A stretch of 64,000 nucleotides of DNA from assembly GCA_039812585.1 (NCBI GenBank), contig JBDIAW010000006.1:4393-68392 (forward strand), in the 5' to 3' direction. The notes beneath the pieces were generated by a model. It did no database searches. It worked only from the letters and a program-made list of their open reading frames with translations, and was not told the DNA's origin. The position numbers were made by a program, and so were the translations under genes. Source of the DNA: Actinomycetota bacterium (GTDB lineage: Bacteria > Actinomycetota > Actinomycetes > JBDIAW01). Positions 18,383-27,750 of this stretch are shown piece after piece; position 1 is the stretch's first letter; each line of letters starts with the position of its first letter.

Positions 18383-20884
18383 TCAGCTGACCGACTCCAC
18401 CACGGCCACCCACTGGTTCATCAACGCCTGGGCACCATCATCCTCTGCGGCCTCCACCCATACATGGGTTTCGGCCTCATCCTGGTCAGGAAGAATCAGC
18501 GCCCAGTGCAATTGATCCTCAACCACCCGCACCCCGTCGGTGGTGTCCACTGTGCGCGAGCCTGCCTCCTCGACCACGCGGCGCATCACCGAGCCTTTGG
18601 CCGCCCACGGGGTAGGGATGCGGCGATGAAGCAAGTGCTGACGCGGAATACGGTCGTTAATCTGCGACAGCGGTAGGCGCGTACCGGCCACCAAACCAGC
18701 CAAGCGCACAAACGCAGCCAGGCCATCAAGCATGGGGCTAGACTCCGGGATCACAAACCCTCCCCGCCCATCTGCACCCAGAATCATGCCCTGCTTAGCG
18801 CACGCCCGGGCCAGGTCATCGGGCGAGGTTGTGGTCCACTCAATCCCCACGTTGTGGAATCGTGCCACATGCTCTGCGACCCGAGTTGTGGTCACCGGCA
18901 AGGCCACAGTTCCGCTACGCCGCTCGGCAGCCACCAAGTCCAGCACAATCAGCAGGGCACGGTCATCATCAATGACCTCCCCACTGTCATCAACCAGGTA
19001 CATCCGCTCGCCCACCCGGTCGAAGCGAACGCCTAACGCAGCCCCGGAGGCGGTCACGTACTCGCCCAACCTCTCGAGGCTTTCCCGGCGCTGCTGGGCG
19101 CTTTCGGTAGGGAACTTCTCGTCCAGACCAGCATTGACCGAAAACACAGTAGCGGGCAGACGCGCAAGCAAGGTCGGCAAGATCGTGGAGACTGCACCGC
19201 CACCAGGGTCGACCACAATCTTGGTCTCGTGGGTCGCTAATGCTCCCACATTGACCCGGTTGAGCAGGTCTCGGGCGTAATCCTCCATCGCGCGAGGTGG
19301 GTACTCCAGATCGCCAATCTCGCCCGGAAAGGCCCGGCGAAACTCCTGGCGACTAAACACCCGTTCCAACTTGCGCTGGGCGTTGGGGGAAAGGTCAGCC
19401 CCGGAATCGTCGAAGAACAAAATGTCGAGGTTTTCTGCTAAACCCGGTGAGGTTCGCACGAAAATCCCGCCGGAGGAAAACTGCGCCGTGCGCAGCCGAC
19501 AGACCGGCTCAGGGACCACCTCCAGGTCATGAACGTTGATAGCGCTGGAGTTCAACGCCGCCACAATGGCCCGCTTGACCGCCCGGGCTGCCCGGGAGAC
19601 ATCCCGGGCGATGGTCACGGAAGTGCCTTTACGCAGGGTGGTGGCAAACGCGGCCGACAAACGCACCGCTAACTCGGGGGTGATCTCCACATTAATAATG
19701 CCCGAGACCCCATACTGGCCGAACAGGTTGCGCTGGCCTCGCTGCTCGAAGATGACGCTGCTGTGGACCACCGCCCCAGCCTCGATGGTTTTGAAAGGGT
19801 AGACCTTCACCCCCGCCGAGATGATGGCCTCCTCCTCCAGCACACACTCATCACCGATAATCGCTCCCTCTTCCACTCGCGAGCCACGCATCACGTCGGT
19901 GTTTTTGCCTACGACGCAGCTACGCAAAGTTGCTGAGGGGCCAATGAACACGTTGTCATGCACCACGGCTCGATGTAAAGATGCCCCCGAACGCACCACG
20001 ACATTGCTGCCGATCACGCTATGGTCGCGGACCTCTACCCCCGCCTCCACTTTGGCATAGCTGCCGATCAGGACCGGCCCTTTGATGATCGCATCATGGT
20101 GAACCTCCGCGCCCTCACCCACCCAGATACCCGGCGATACCTCAAAGCCCTCGATCTGGACCTTCACCTTGCCCTCGAGCACGTCGGCGTGAGCCTTCTG
20201 ATAGCTCTCATAGGTGCCAACATCCTCCCAATAGCCTGAGGCAACAAAGCCGAAGATCGGTTTACCCTCTGCCATCAGCCTGGGGAAAACATCCTCAGAC
20301 CAGTCCACTGGGCCCTCAGTGCCTACATAGTCCAGAACTTCCTGTTCCATCACGTAGATTCCGGTGTTGACGGTGTCAGAAAACACTTGTCCCCACCCGG
20401 GTTTTTCCAAAAAACGCTGCACTCGGCCGTCTTCATCCACAATGGTGATCCCAAAATCCAGCGGATTAGGCACCCGAGTCAAACACACGGTTACCAGGGC
20501 GCCTTTTTCCTTATGGAACGCAATCAGATCGGCCAGATTGATGTCAGTCAAGGCATCGCCAGAGATCACCAAGAAGGGCTCGTCAGTTCCGGCGCACAAA
20601 AGGTCCTGGCCATTTTTCACGCTGCCCGCCGTACCTAGCGGGGTGACCTCGGTGGCATAGGTCAGGTCCATGCCCCAATCTTCACCATCACCGAAATAGT
20701 TGCGGATCAAAGAGGCTAGATAGTGCACCGTCACTACTGCATCGGTGATTCCGTGCTGGCGCAGCAACAAGAGAACATGCTCCATGATCGGTCGCGTAGC
20801 CACCGGCAGCAATGGTTTAGGCATGCTGGCTGTCATCGGTCGCAGACGTGAACCTTCTCCGCCGGCCATCACGACTGCTTTCAT
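18383..20884 (-). CDS. Fused sugar-1-phosphate nucleotidyltransferase (GDP-mannose pyrophosphorylase-like, with a left-handed beta-helix) and phosphohexomutase-like domain
   Basis: The N-terminus MKAVVMAGGEGSRLRPMTASMPKPLLPV is the NTP-transferase signature and is followed by hexapeptide repeats. The C-terminal half has a PGM/PMM-like layout. Its active-site loop looks atypical (RTSPG rather than TASHNP), so mutase activity is uncertain. Confidence 0.7.
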   Translation of the reverse strand: MKAVVMAGGEGSRLRPMTASMPKPLLPVATRPIMEHVLLLLRQHGITDAVVTVHYLASLIRNYFGDGEDWGMDLTYATEVTPLGTAGSVKNGQDLLCAGTDEPFLVISGDALTDINLADLIAFHKEKGALVTVCLTRVPNPLDFGITIVDEDGRVQRFLEKPGWGQVFSDTVNTGIYVMEQEVLDYVGTEGPVDWSEDVFPRLMAEGKPIFGFVASGYWEDVGTYESYQKAHADVLEGKVKVQIEGFEVSPGIWVGEGAEVHHDAIIKGPVLIGSYAKVEAGVEVRDHSVIGSNVVVRSGASLHRAVVHDNVFIGPSATLRSCVVGKNTDVMRGSRVEEGAIIGDECVLEEEAIISAGVKVYPFKTIEAGAVVHSSVIFEQRGQRNLFGQYGVSGIINVEITPELAVRLSAAFATTLRKGTSVTIARDVSRAARAVKRAIVAALNSSAINVHDLEVVPEPVCRLRTAQFSSGGIFVRTSPGLAENLDILFFDDSGADLSPNAQRKLERVFSRQEFRRAFPGEIGDLEYPPRAMEDYARDLLNRVNVGALATHETKIVVDPGGGAVSTILPTLLARLPATVFSVNAGLDEKFPTESAQQRRESLERLGEYVTASGAALGVRFDRVGERMYLVDDSGEVIDDDRALLIVLDLVAAERRSGTVALPVTTTRVAEHVARFHNVGIEWTTTSPDDLARACAKQGMILGADGRGGFVIPESSPMLDGLAAFVRLAGLVAGTRLPLSQINDRIPRQHLLHRRIPTPWAAKGSVMRRVVEEAGSRTVDTTDGVRVVEDQLHWALILPDQDEAETHVWVEAAEDDGAQALMNQWVAVVESVS

Positions 20885-20994
20885 GAAGGACCCCTTCTCT
20901 GTGCCACCTACTGGCTACCGATTGGTGAGGTTGCCCCTAGCCTGCCAGGTGTGGGCTCATTATTCAGCTAGGCGACGGGCGAGTCCACCACGGG

Positions 20995-21582
20995 TTAACC
21001 CCTCGCGCTGCTTGTTGCCACGATGTGCGCGCTCTGACGTAGATAAACCCCAGCCGCCCACCAGTACATCGCCACACCCCAGCAGGCGAATGACCACCCG
21101 AGGACCTGCGCCATATGCGCCAAAAGTGAATCCGGTGGCGTGAGGGTGCCATGTCCCAGCAGAAGCAAGGGGAAGGCGTAGAGCAAGTTCATCGTGGCCG
21201 CTTTGCCCAGAAAATGCACCGGTAGGGGGCCATAACCCGATCGACGCAGCGCGAGCAAACCTGCACTGAGCACGACATCGCGCACCACCAGAATGAAGGT
21301 TAACTGCCAGGGAATAATCTCGCGAACAGACAACCCTATGAGGGTGGCCAGGATATAAAGACGATCAGCGGTAGGGTCAAGCAACTCCCCTAGCCGTGAG
21401 TATTGACCCAGCCAACGGGCCAACTTGCCGTCCAGATAATCGGTCACCCCTCCAGCCATAACGATGATCAAAGCCCATCCATCGTGACGGGTGATGAGAC
21501 ACCATAGAAACACCGGTATCCCCAACAAGCGCAACAGACTGAGCCCATTGGGAATAGTGACGATTTGGCCGGTCATGGACAA
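20995..21582 (-). CDS. CDP-alcohol phosphatidyltransferase family protein (PgsA-like)
   Basis: It has the signature D-x2-DG-x2-AR...G-x3-D-x3-D (TDYLDGKLARWLGQYSRLGELLDPTADRLY) and is multi-pass hydrophobic. Confidence 0.7.
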   Translation of the reverse strand: MSMTGQIVTIPNGLSLLRLLGIPVFLWCLITRHDGWALIIVMAGGVTDYLDGKLARWLGQYSRLGELLDPTADRLYILATLIGLSVREIIPWQLTFILVVRDVVLSAGLLALRRSGYGPLPVHFLGKAATMNLLYAFPLLLLGHGTLTPPDSLLAHMAQVLGWSFACWGVAMYWWAAGVYLRQSAHIVATSSARG

Positions 21583-21600
21583 CCCTGAATAACGCTGGGC

Positions 21601-23598
21601 TTACTGCCCACCGCTGGCGGCGGCCGCCGCCTGAGCTTGAGCCATGCGGAGTTTGGCTACCTCGGGGGAACGCACCAACTTAAAGACTCGAGCGATCGCC
21701 TTGGCCAGGTCAGTCGGATCGGTGGCCTTGGTTACAGTTCCCAGCACCCTGATCACCTCTTGAGGCAGCCCCTGCAAGCTGGCAGTAGCCATATCCTGCA
21801 GCGCCGCCACGTCCGCATCGGCACCAAAAGCAATCGGGAACACCACCACCCGATGGGTTGGGTCATGGATTTTGGCGTACTCTTCTAGGAATTTCTGCCG
21901 GGTCATGCTGAAACTGGACCCTTCATCCACACCATCCGTGAGAACCACCACCATGGTTAAAGAATCAGCAGTGGCTTTGCTTTGCATGAACTTTATGCCA
22001 TCAAGGACAGTGGCAAATAAGGGTGTTTGGGTATAAGGACTAATGGTCAAACCACTGATCAAGCCTGCTGTCAATAATCGACGAGGTTTTCCATCAATCT
22101 GATCATCCATTTTACCGTAAGGAATGGCTTCTACGTGCGAGGAGGTTTCGACTTGCGTAGGAGTCTGTCTGGGTTGCCCAAACATCCAAACTCCTAGTGA
22201 TGTGTCTACTCCAAATAATTCAGCAGCCTCAAAACCTGCTGCCTGAAGCACCTGTGCCTTTGTTTTCCCGTTGGTATCGGGGACCACATCGTTCATTGAA
22301 CCGGATTGGTCAATAAGAGCCAACACACTGAATGGGGCTTGACTGTAGTTCACCCAGTCCGACACCGACGCTCCTACCAACAGCGGCTCCCACTGTAATT
22401 GGGCCGTTTTGGCCGTCATCAACGCCTGAGTGGGAAAGGTAATGCTTGGAGGGCGCTCGTCACCGGTAGCTGGGCGCAGCCCACGGTCAGTCCAAGCAGA
22501 ATTCATAGCCGGCGAGGTGAGCTTCTCACCCAGACGTCGCACCATATCTGCCTTGGGCGGGTCCAGACCTTTGGCGCTCACTAACGGAAAGTCGGCCACG
22601 GCAACTGCATCCCTGGGGTAGATCACCGCCATTGAGGCCGTTGGATTAGTTTTGGAGAAATTCCACGCATCGTATTCCAACGCAGGAAACACTTGCTTTT
22701 GCCCGTCTTTGAGGCTTTGGAATAACTGATCCATAGAGGCTGTGCTGGTCGTGGCCATACTTTTGAACTGCAAGGCACGAAGTAACCCAATACCTTCATC
22801 AGACTTACCACTCTCTGCCGGGCCCAACTGGGAGAGGGCCTGTTGTGCCGCAAAGATACTGAGCATGCCCGCCGTAGTTTTCTGTGCATCGGGTAGGGAA
22901 AACTTCACCCTGTTCTCCCCGGCGGCCGTGTTGGCCGCAGCGTAGAACGTCTGCCAGTTAGATGCTTTCAGCCCAATCTGCTCCACAGATGTAGGTAATG
23001 GCTCAGGCGTGAGGGTTTGCCCCTTGAGTTTGGCGGTGCCAACAGCAATCTGTTGAGCAACAGCCAAGGCCTGGCCTGCGGTCTGTGGACTTGGAAGGAC
23101 TAGCACTAAAGGCGAGCGTGCCACCGATAATCCTGAGGCAGGAAAAATCTGGCCCTTGGCTGCTGCTGCCCCCACCCACCCTGTTGAGGTGGGCATCCAC
23201 GCATCACCCTTATCACGCTTGAAGGTGCCGCTGGTCAATTCTGCAACGGTTGCCTCGGTGCTTTGTTCGTTGAGCGAAAACTTGTCGCATCCGTTGCCTT
23301 CACGAGCTACCGCTTCGGCGGCTTTGTGCACGACCGGTGTCACCATGGGATCGAGTGTGATCTGCAGTTTGGTGACCTGACCTGAGCAAGCCTTGCCCGA
23401 ACCAATGTCAGGTATGGCGCCATTCTCTGACTTGTCGCGGAGGAAAACCCACCACAAGCCCGTTGCCATCATGGACAAGATGAGCAAGATGAGCAGCAAT
23501 AGACCCCACGGAGACCTCCGAGGGCCACGATTGGCTGCATGACGACGGCTTGAGTGCGGAGTATGGGGCTGCGGAAAGCTCCACTCTGAACTGCTCAT
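21601..23598 (-). CDS. Membrane-anchored protein with a periplasmic ligand-binding-like domain plus a VWA (MIDAS) domain; paralogue A
   Basis: The cytoplasmic tail MSSSEWSFPQPHTPHSSRRHAA is followed by one TM helix and a large extracytoplasmic region. The MIDAS motif LIDQSGSM is present near the C-terminal third. The gene abuts the CDP-alcohol phosphatidyltransferase gene. Confidence 0.6.
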   Translation of the reverse strand: MSSSEWSFPQPHTPHSSRRHAANRGPRRSPWGLLLLILLILSMMATGLWWVFLRDKSENGAIPDIGSGKACSGQVTKLQITLDPMVTPVVHKAAEAVAREGNGCDKFSLNEQSTEATVAELTSGTFKRDKGDAWMPTSTGWVGAAAAKGQIFPASGLSVARSPLVLVLPSPQTAGQALAVAQQIAVGTAKLKGQTLTPEPLPTSVEQIGLKASNWQTFYAAANTAAGENRVKFSLPDAQKTTAGMLSIFAAQQALSQLGPAESGKSDEGIGLLRALQFKSMATTSTASMDQLFQSLKDGQKQVFPALEYDAWNFSKTNPTASMAVIYPRDAVAVADFPLVSAKGLDPPKADMVRRLGEKLTSPAMNSAWTDRGLRPATGDERPPSITFPTQALMTAKTAQLQWEPLLVGASVSDWVNYSQAPFSVLALIDQSGSMNDVVPDTNGKTKAQVLQAAGFEAAELFGVDTSLGVWMFGQPRQTPTQVETSSHVEAIPYGKMDDQIDGKPRRLLTAGLISGLTISPYTQTPLFATVLDGIKFMQSKATADSLTMVVVLTDGVDEGSSFSMTRQKFLEEYAKIHDPTHRVVVFPIAFGADADVAALQDMATASLQGLPQEVIRVLGTVTKATDPTDLAKAIARVFKLVRSPEVAKLRMAQAQAAAAASGGQ

Positions 23599-23705
23599 GT
23601 GCGCTGTCCCCGCCTTTCCCCCACGATCGATACACCAAGCCCTACTTGTGACAGGTGCATGCTCAGAATAGAACTCCTACCAAAGTCAACTCACGGCACA
23701 TGGCG

Positions 23706-25658
23706 CTAATGACCCGCCGCTGGCCCTGCGACCGCCTGGGCCTGCCGCAATTGGGCCAGGGCAGGAGCGCGCACGGCAAGAAAAACATTGGCAATGGCCT
23801 GAGCCAAATCCGTGGGCTTCTTCGCGGCAGACAATGTATCCATTGACTGCTTAAGGTTGTCAGGCAGAGTTTCTTTGGCCATTTTTTGCAAAGCATTGAT
23901 ATCGGCATCTGCCCCAAAAGCCACTGGAAAAATCACTACTGGTCTTCTGGGATCAGCAATTTGACGATATTCTTGGAGATACTGCTCCCAACCCATAGAA
24001 AACTTAGAGACTTCGTCCGTTCCATCCGTTAACGGAACCACGATAGTCAACGCACCGGGCTCAACTTTATCCTTCATAAACTTGATGGCTTCTAAAGTAG
24101 TTTTATAAAGAGGGGTGGGTGTTCCAGGAACCGCTTTAAACTGACTGATCATTTCATAAGAATGAGTACGTCGAGTTTTACCATCCTGCATCACCTCATC
24201 CATTTTTCCATAGGATAAAGCAGGCACATAGGGAACTGCATCGTTGGGAACCCCGAAGGCCCAAATACCCAACGAGGTATCGCTACCGAATAGCTCAGCA
24301 GCTTGAGCTCCTGCTAGGCGCAATAGGTCAGCTTTTGAGATCCGCTTTCCATTAACTAGGACATTTTTCGTTGCCATCGAACCCGATTGATCGATCAAAA
24401 CCAAGACATTAAAGGGTTCTTGCTTGTAATTCACCCAGTCCGAGACTCTGGCTCCAATCTCTACCGGTACGACGCGCACCGCCATCGGACCAACAGAGGA
24501 GACGGGCTGGGGTTGGAAAGACTTGGCTGCTGGCATATCCCCACCCGTAGCCGGTCGTAGACCATGATCAGTCCAGGCGGAATTCAGCGAAGGTGAGGTC
24601 AATTTCTCGACCAGTCGACGCGCAAGGTCTGAGCGGCTGGCGTCAAGACCAACTACAGGAAGAAATGGGTAGTCCGCCACTGCCACTGCATCGGAGGGAT
24701 AAACCGCCGCTACGGTGACCCCCGGGTTGGCTTGGGTGAAAGACCAAAGGTCGTTCTCTAGTGCAGAGAACACCACAGGCTTACTATCTTTTAAACCACC
24801 CAAAAGTTCGTTCATCGAGGGTTGAGTCGATGGATAGATACCTTTAATTCCCGATCCGATCATTCCTTTGAAATGCAACGTTTGCATAAGACTAATTCCG
24901 GGATCGGTTGAACCTCTGCTGAACGCCGTGGTAATGGCTGGGAGGCTAAGCATGCCCGCAGTGGTCGTCGCAGGATCGGCGATTGCAAACGCCACGCCGC
25001 CTGCTTGAGCCGGTCGGCTAGGGGCAAACAGATAAGGCATCCATGTCTTGGGATCTTTGGCCGAGGGAAGTTTAGACACCTGGGCAGCCACTTCTGTCGC
25101 TTTATTGGCCAACTGCTGATTAGGCATGACAACGATCAATGGGGACCGAGCCACGGATTTCCCTTGGGGCGGGATATAGGGATTGGGCTGCAAGGGGTTG
25201 GGGTTAGCTCGCCCAATCCAGCCTGTGGAGGCAGGAATCCACACATCAAAATTGGGAGCTTGACCCGGTTTTGAGGCCAACTCGGTCGCGGTCTGGGCAG
25301 ATAAGGACTTGACGAGTTCGAAGCGATCACATCCGTTGCCCTCTTTGCTCACCGCTGTGGCAGCGCCTTCAACCACCGAGCTCACCGCATCATCGGTTAC
25401 CAATCGCAACCGAGTGATCTGGCCCTTGCAATCCCCTTGCCCAATTTCAGTTCCTTGGCTGGATGATTCATCGCGTAAAAAGACCCACCAGATGCCCGTA
25501 GCAATAAGAGCAAGGAGCAAGAGGATGATCAGCACCAAGAGCAACGGAGACTTGCGTTGACCACGCTGGGCTGCGTGATGACGGCTGGAATGTGGCGCAT
25601 GCGGCTGAGGAAAATTCCAATCTGAGCTGCTCATGAGCGCTGGTGCCCACCTTCCCAC
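23706..25658 (-). CDS. Membrane-anchored periplasmic-domain + VWA (MIDAS) protein; paralogue B, a tandem duplicate of 21601..23598
   Basis: The architecture is the same and the motifs are colinear (MSSSDWNFPQPHAPHSSRHHAA; LIDQSGSM; the C-terminal PTDLAQAIANVF corresponds to PTDLAKAIARVF in paralogue A). Confidence 0.6.
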   Translation of the reverse strand: MGRWAPALMSSSDWNFPQPHAPHSSRHHAAQRGQRKSPLLLVLIILLLLALIATGIWWVFLRDESSSQGTEIGQGDCKGQITRLRLVTDDAVSSVVEGAATAVSKEGNGCDRFELVKSLSAQTATELASKPGQAPNFDVWIPASTGWIGRANPNPLQPNPYIPPQGKSVARSPLIVVMPNQQLANKATEVAAQVSKLPSAKDPKTWMPYLFAPSRPAQAGGVAFAIADPATTTAGMLSLPAITTAFSRGSTDPGISLMQTLHFKGMIGSGIKGIYPSTQPSMNELLGGLKDSKPVVFSALENDLWSFTQANPGVTVAAVYPSDAVAVADYPFLPVVGLDASRSDLARRLVEKLTSPSLNSAWTDHGLRPATGGDMPAAKSFQPQPVSSVGPMAVRVVPVEIGARVSDWVNYKQEPFNVLVLIDQSGSMATKNVLVNGKRISKADLLRLAGAQAAELFGSDTSLGIWAFGVPNDAVPYVPALSYGKMDEVMQDGKTRRTHSYEMISQFKAVPGTPTPLYKTTLEAIKFMKDKVEPGALTIVVPLTDGTDEVSKFSMGWEQYLQEYRQIADPRRPVVIFPVAFGADADINALQKMAKETLPDNLKQSMDTLSAAKKPTDLAQAIANVFLAVRAPALAQLRQAQAVAGPAAGH

Positions 25659-25805
25659 AGAATGCGATTGGCGAAATTTTTTGATGTCAAATCAAGTGAC
25701 CGACTCAGGCCCGATCGGGCCTGAGTCAGCAGCGTCGGCTGCCCACAATGTCACCTATCCAACATCACCTAACTTGATAATCTAGGTCACCCTCTCACGT
25801 CCACG

Positions 25806-27713
25806 CTAACTTTTCGCCTGGTTGCGTATTTTGGCCCGAAGTTGAGCTAAAAGCTCCACTTTGCGTAGTCGCACCGTAACGGGAGTGACTTCCACGCACT
25901 CATCATCGCGGCAAAACTCTAAGGCCTGCTCCAGTGTGAGAGATCGTGCTGGAGTCAGACGCACCAACTCGTCAGCTGTGGACGAGCGCATGTTGGTGAG
26001 CTTTTTTTCCTTCGTGATGTTGACGTCCATGTCCTCGCCACGACTGTTTTCTCCCACGATCATGCCCTCGTAGACATCAGTGGTAGGCGTAACAAACAGA
26101 GTAGCCCTCTCCTGGAGGTTGATGCTGGCATAGGCCGTCACCGTCCCCGCGCGATCCGCCACCAGGCTGCCGTTGGCACGAGTACGAATCTCGCCTTGCC
26201 AGGGGGCATAGGAGTCGAACACGTGATGCAACAGGCCGGTCCCTCTGGTCTGAGTGAGAAACTCGGTACGAAAACCAATCAACCCACGAGCAGGAACCAC
26301 ATACTCCAGGCGCGTCCACCCCACCCCGGGGTTAACCATCTGCTGCAAGACACCCCGCCGAGCACCGACCAGCTGGGTCACCGCCCCCACATACTCCCCA
26401 GGCACATCGACACTGAGACGTTCCATCGGTTCATGCAGTTTTCCCTCAACCAGCTTGGTGAGGACCTGGGGTTTGCCCACAGTGAGCTCGAAGCCCTCCC
26501 GTCGCATCGTTTCCACCAGCACGGCTAGGGCTAACTCCCCCCGACCCTGCACCTCCCACAGATCAGGACGCTGAGTGGGTAGCACGCGCAAGGAGACGTT
26601 GCCCACCAACTCGGCGTCAAGGCGGGACTTCACCAGCCGAGCGGTGAGCTTAGTGCCGCTGCGTCCCGCCAAAGGGGAGGTGTTAATCCCGATCGTCATC
26701 GACATCGAAGGCTCGTCAACCTCGAGCAGAGGTAGAGCTTTAGGGTGGTCGGGGTCACAGAGGGTCTCCCCCAGGGTGATCTGCTCCAGGCCAGCCACCG
26801 CCACCAGATCTCCCGCACTTGCCTGCTCGACACTGACCCGGTCTAGAGCCTGAGTCAGCAGCAACTCCCCCACCTTGGCTGGCACGACACTGCCATCTGC
26901 CCGACACCACGCCACTGCTTGACCCTTGCGGATCGTCCCATTATGCACGCGGCACAGCGCTAGGCGGCCCAAATAGGGGCTGGCATCAAGGTTGGTGACC
27001 TGAGCCTGCAATGGTGCCTCGGGAATGTACGTTGGGGCTGGGATAGTAGTGATCATCGTGCGGATTAGCGCCGAGAGATCCTCAGCATCGGGCAGTTGCC
27101 CGTCGGCAGGTGCGCTCAAGCTGGCGCGGCCAGCCTTGGCGCTGCAGTACACGATGGGGAAATCCAGCGCTTGATGGGCCCTTTCATCGTCCATGAGCTC
27201 AAAAAACAGCTCGTAGGTCTCTTCCACCACCTCAGCAATGCGGGCATCGGGTCGGTCGACCTTATTGATGACGATGATGATCGGCAGATGTGCCTGCAGG
27301 GCTTTGCGTAAAACAAATCGTGTTTGAGGCAAGGGGCCTTCACTGGCATCCACCAGCAGCAGCACTCCATCGACCATGGCCAAGCCACGTTCCACCTCAC
27401 CACCAAAGTCGGCGTGCCCGGGCGTGTCCACAATGTTGAGGGTGATCTGCCCTGCCTCGGTATGCGTGAGAACAGCCGTATTTTTGGCCAGAATAGTGAT
27501 GCCCTTCTCGCGCTCTAAATCCATGGAATCCATGACCCGCTCCGCTACATCGGCGTTGGCACGGAAGGCTCCTGACTGCCACAGCAAAGCATCGACCAGA
27601 GTGGTTTTCCCGTGGTCAACGTGGGCCACAATGGCCACATTGCGCAGATCGTCACGATGAGCGAGGGCCACTTTGGCAGCTTGAGCACGCGACAACGCCT
27701 CGGAAGGGTTCAT
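25806..27713 (-). CDS. typA: Translational GTPase TypA/BipA
   Basis: The G-domain has [20 protein letters not shown] and [14 protein letters not shown], and the C-terminal domains resemble EF-G. I chose the start at MNPSE, because the longer ORF has an implausible N-terminal extension. Confidence 0.85.
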   Translation of the reverse strand: MNPSEALSRAQAAKVALAHRDDLRNVAIVAHVDHGKTTLVDALLWQSGAFRANADVAERVMDSMDLEREKGITILAKNTAVLTHTEAGQITLNIVDTPGHADFGGEVERGLAMVDGVLLLVDASEGPLPQTRFVLRKALQAHLPIIIVINKVDRPDARIAEVVEETYELFFELMDDERAHQALDFPIVYCSAKAGRASLSAPADGQLPDAEDLSALIRTMITTIPAPTYIPEAPLQAQVTNLDASPYLGRLALCRVHNGTIRKGQAVAWCRADGSVVPAKVGELLLTQALDRVSVEQASAGDLVAVAGLEQITLGETLCDPDHPKALPLLEVDEPSMSMTIGINTSPLAGRSGTKLTARLVKSRLDAELVGNVSLRVLPTQRPDLWEVQGRGELALAVLVETMRREGFELTVGKPQVLTKLVEGKLHEPMERLSVDVPGEYVGAVTQLVGARRGVLQQMVNPGVGWTRLEYVVPARGLIGFRTEFLTQTRGTGLLHHVFDSYAPWQGEIRTRANGSLVADRAGTVTAYASINLQERATLFVTPTTDVYEGMIVGENSRGEDMDVNITKEKKLTNMRSSTADELVRLTPARSLTLEQALEFCRDDECVEVTPVTVRLRKVELLAQLRAKIRNQAKS

Positions 27714-27750
27714 GGTGGAGGGGTCCTTCCGAGGCGTCGTACTGGTATGC

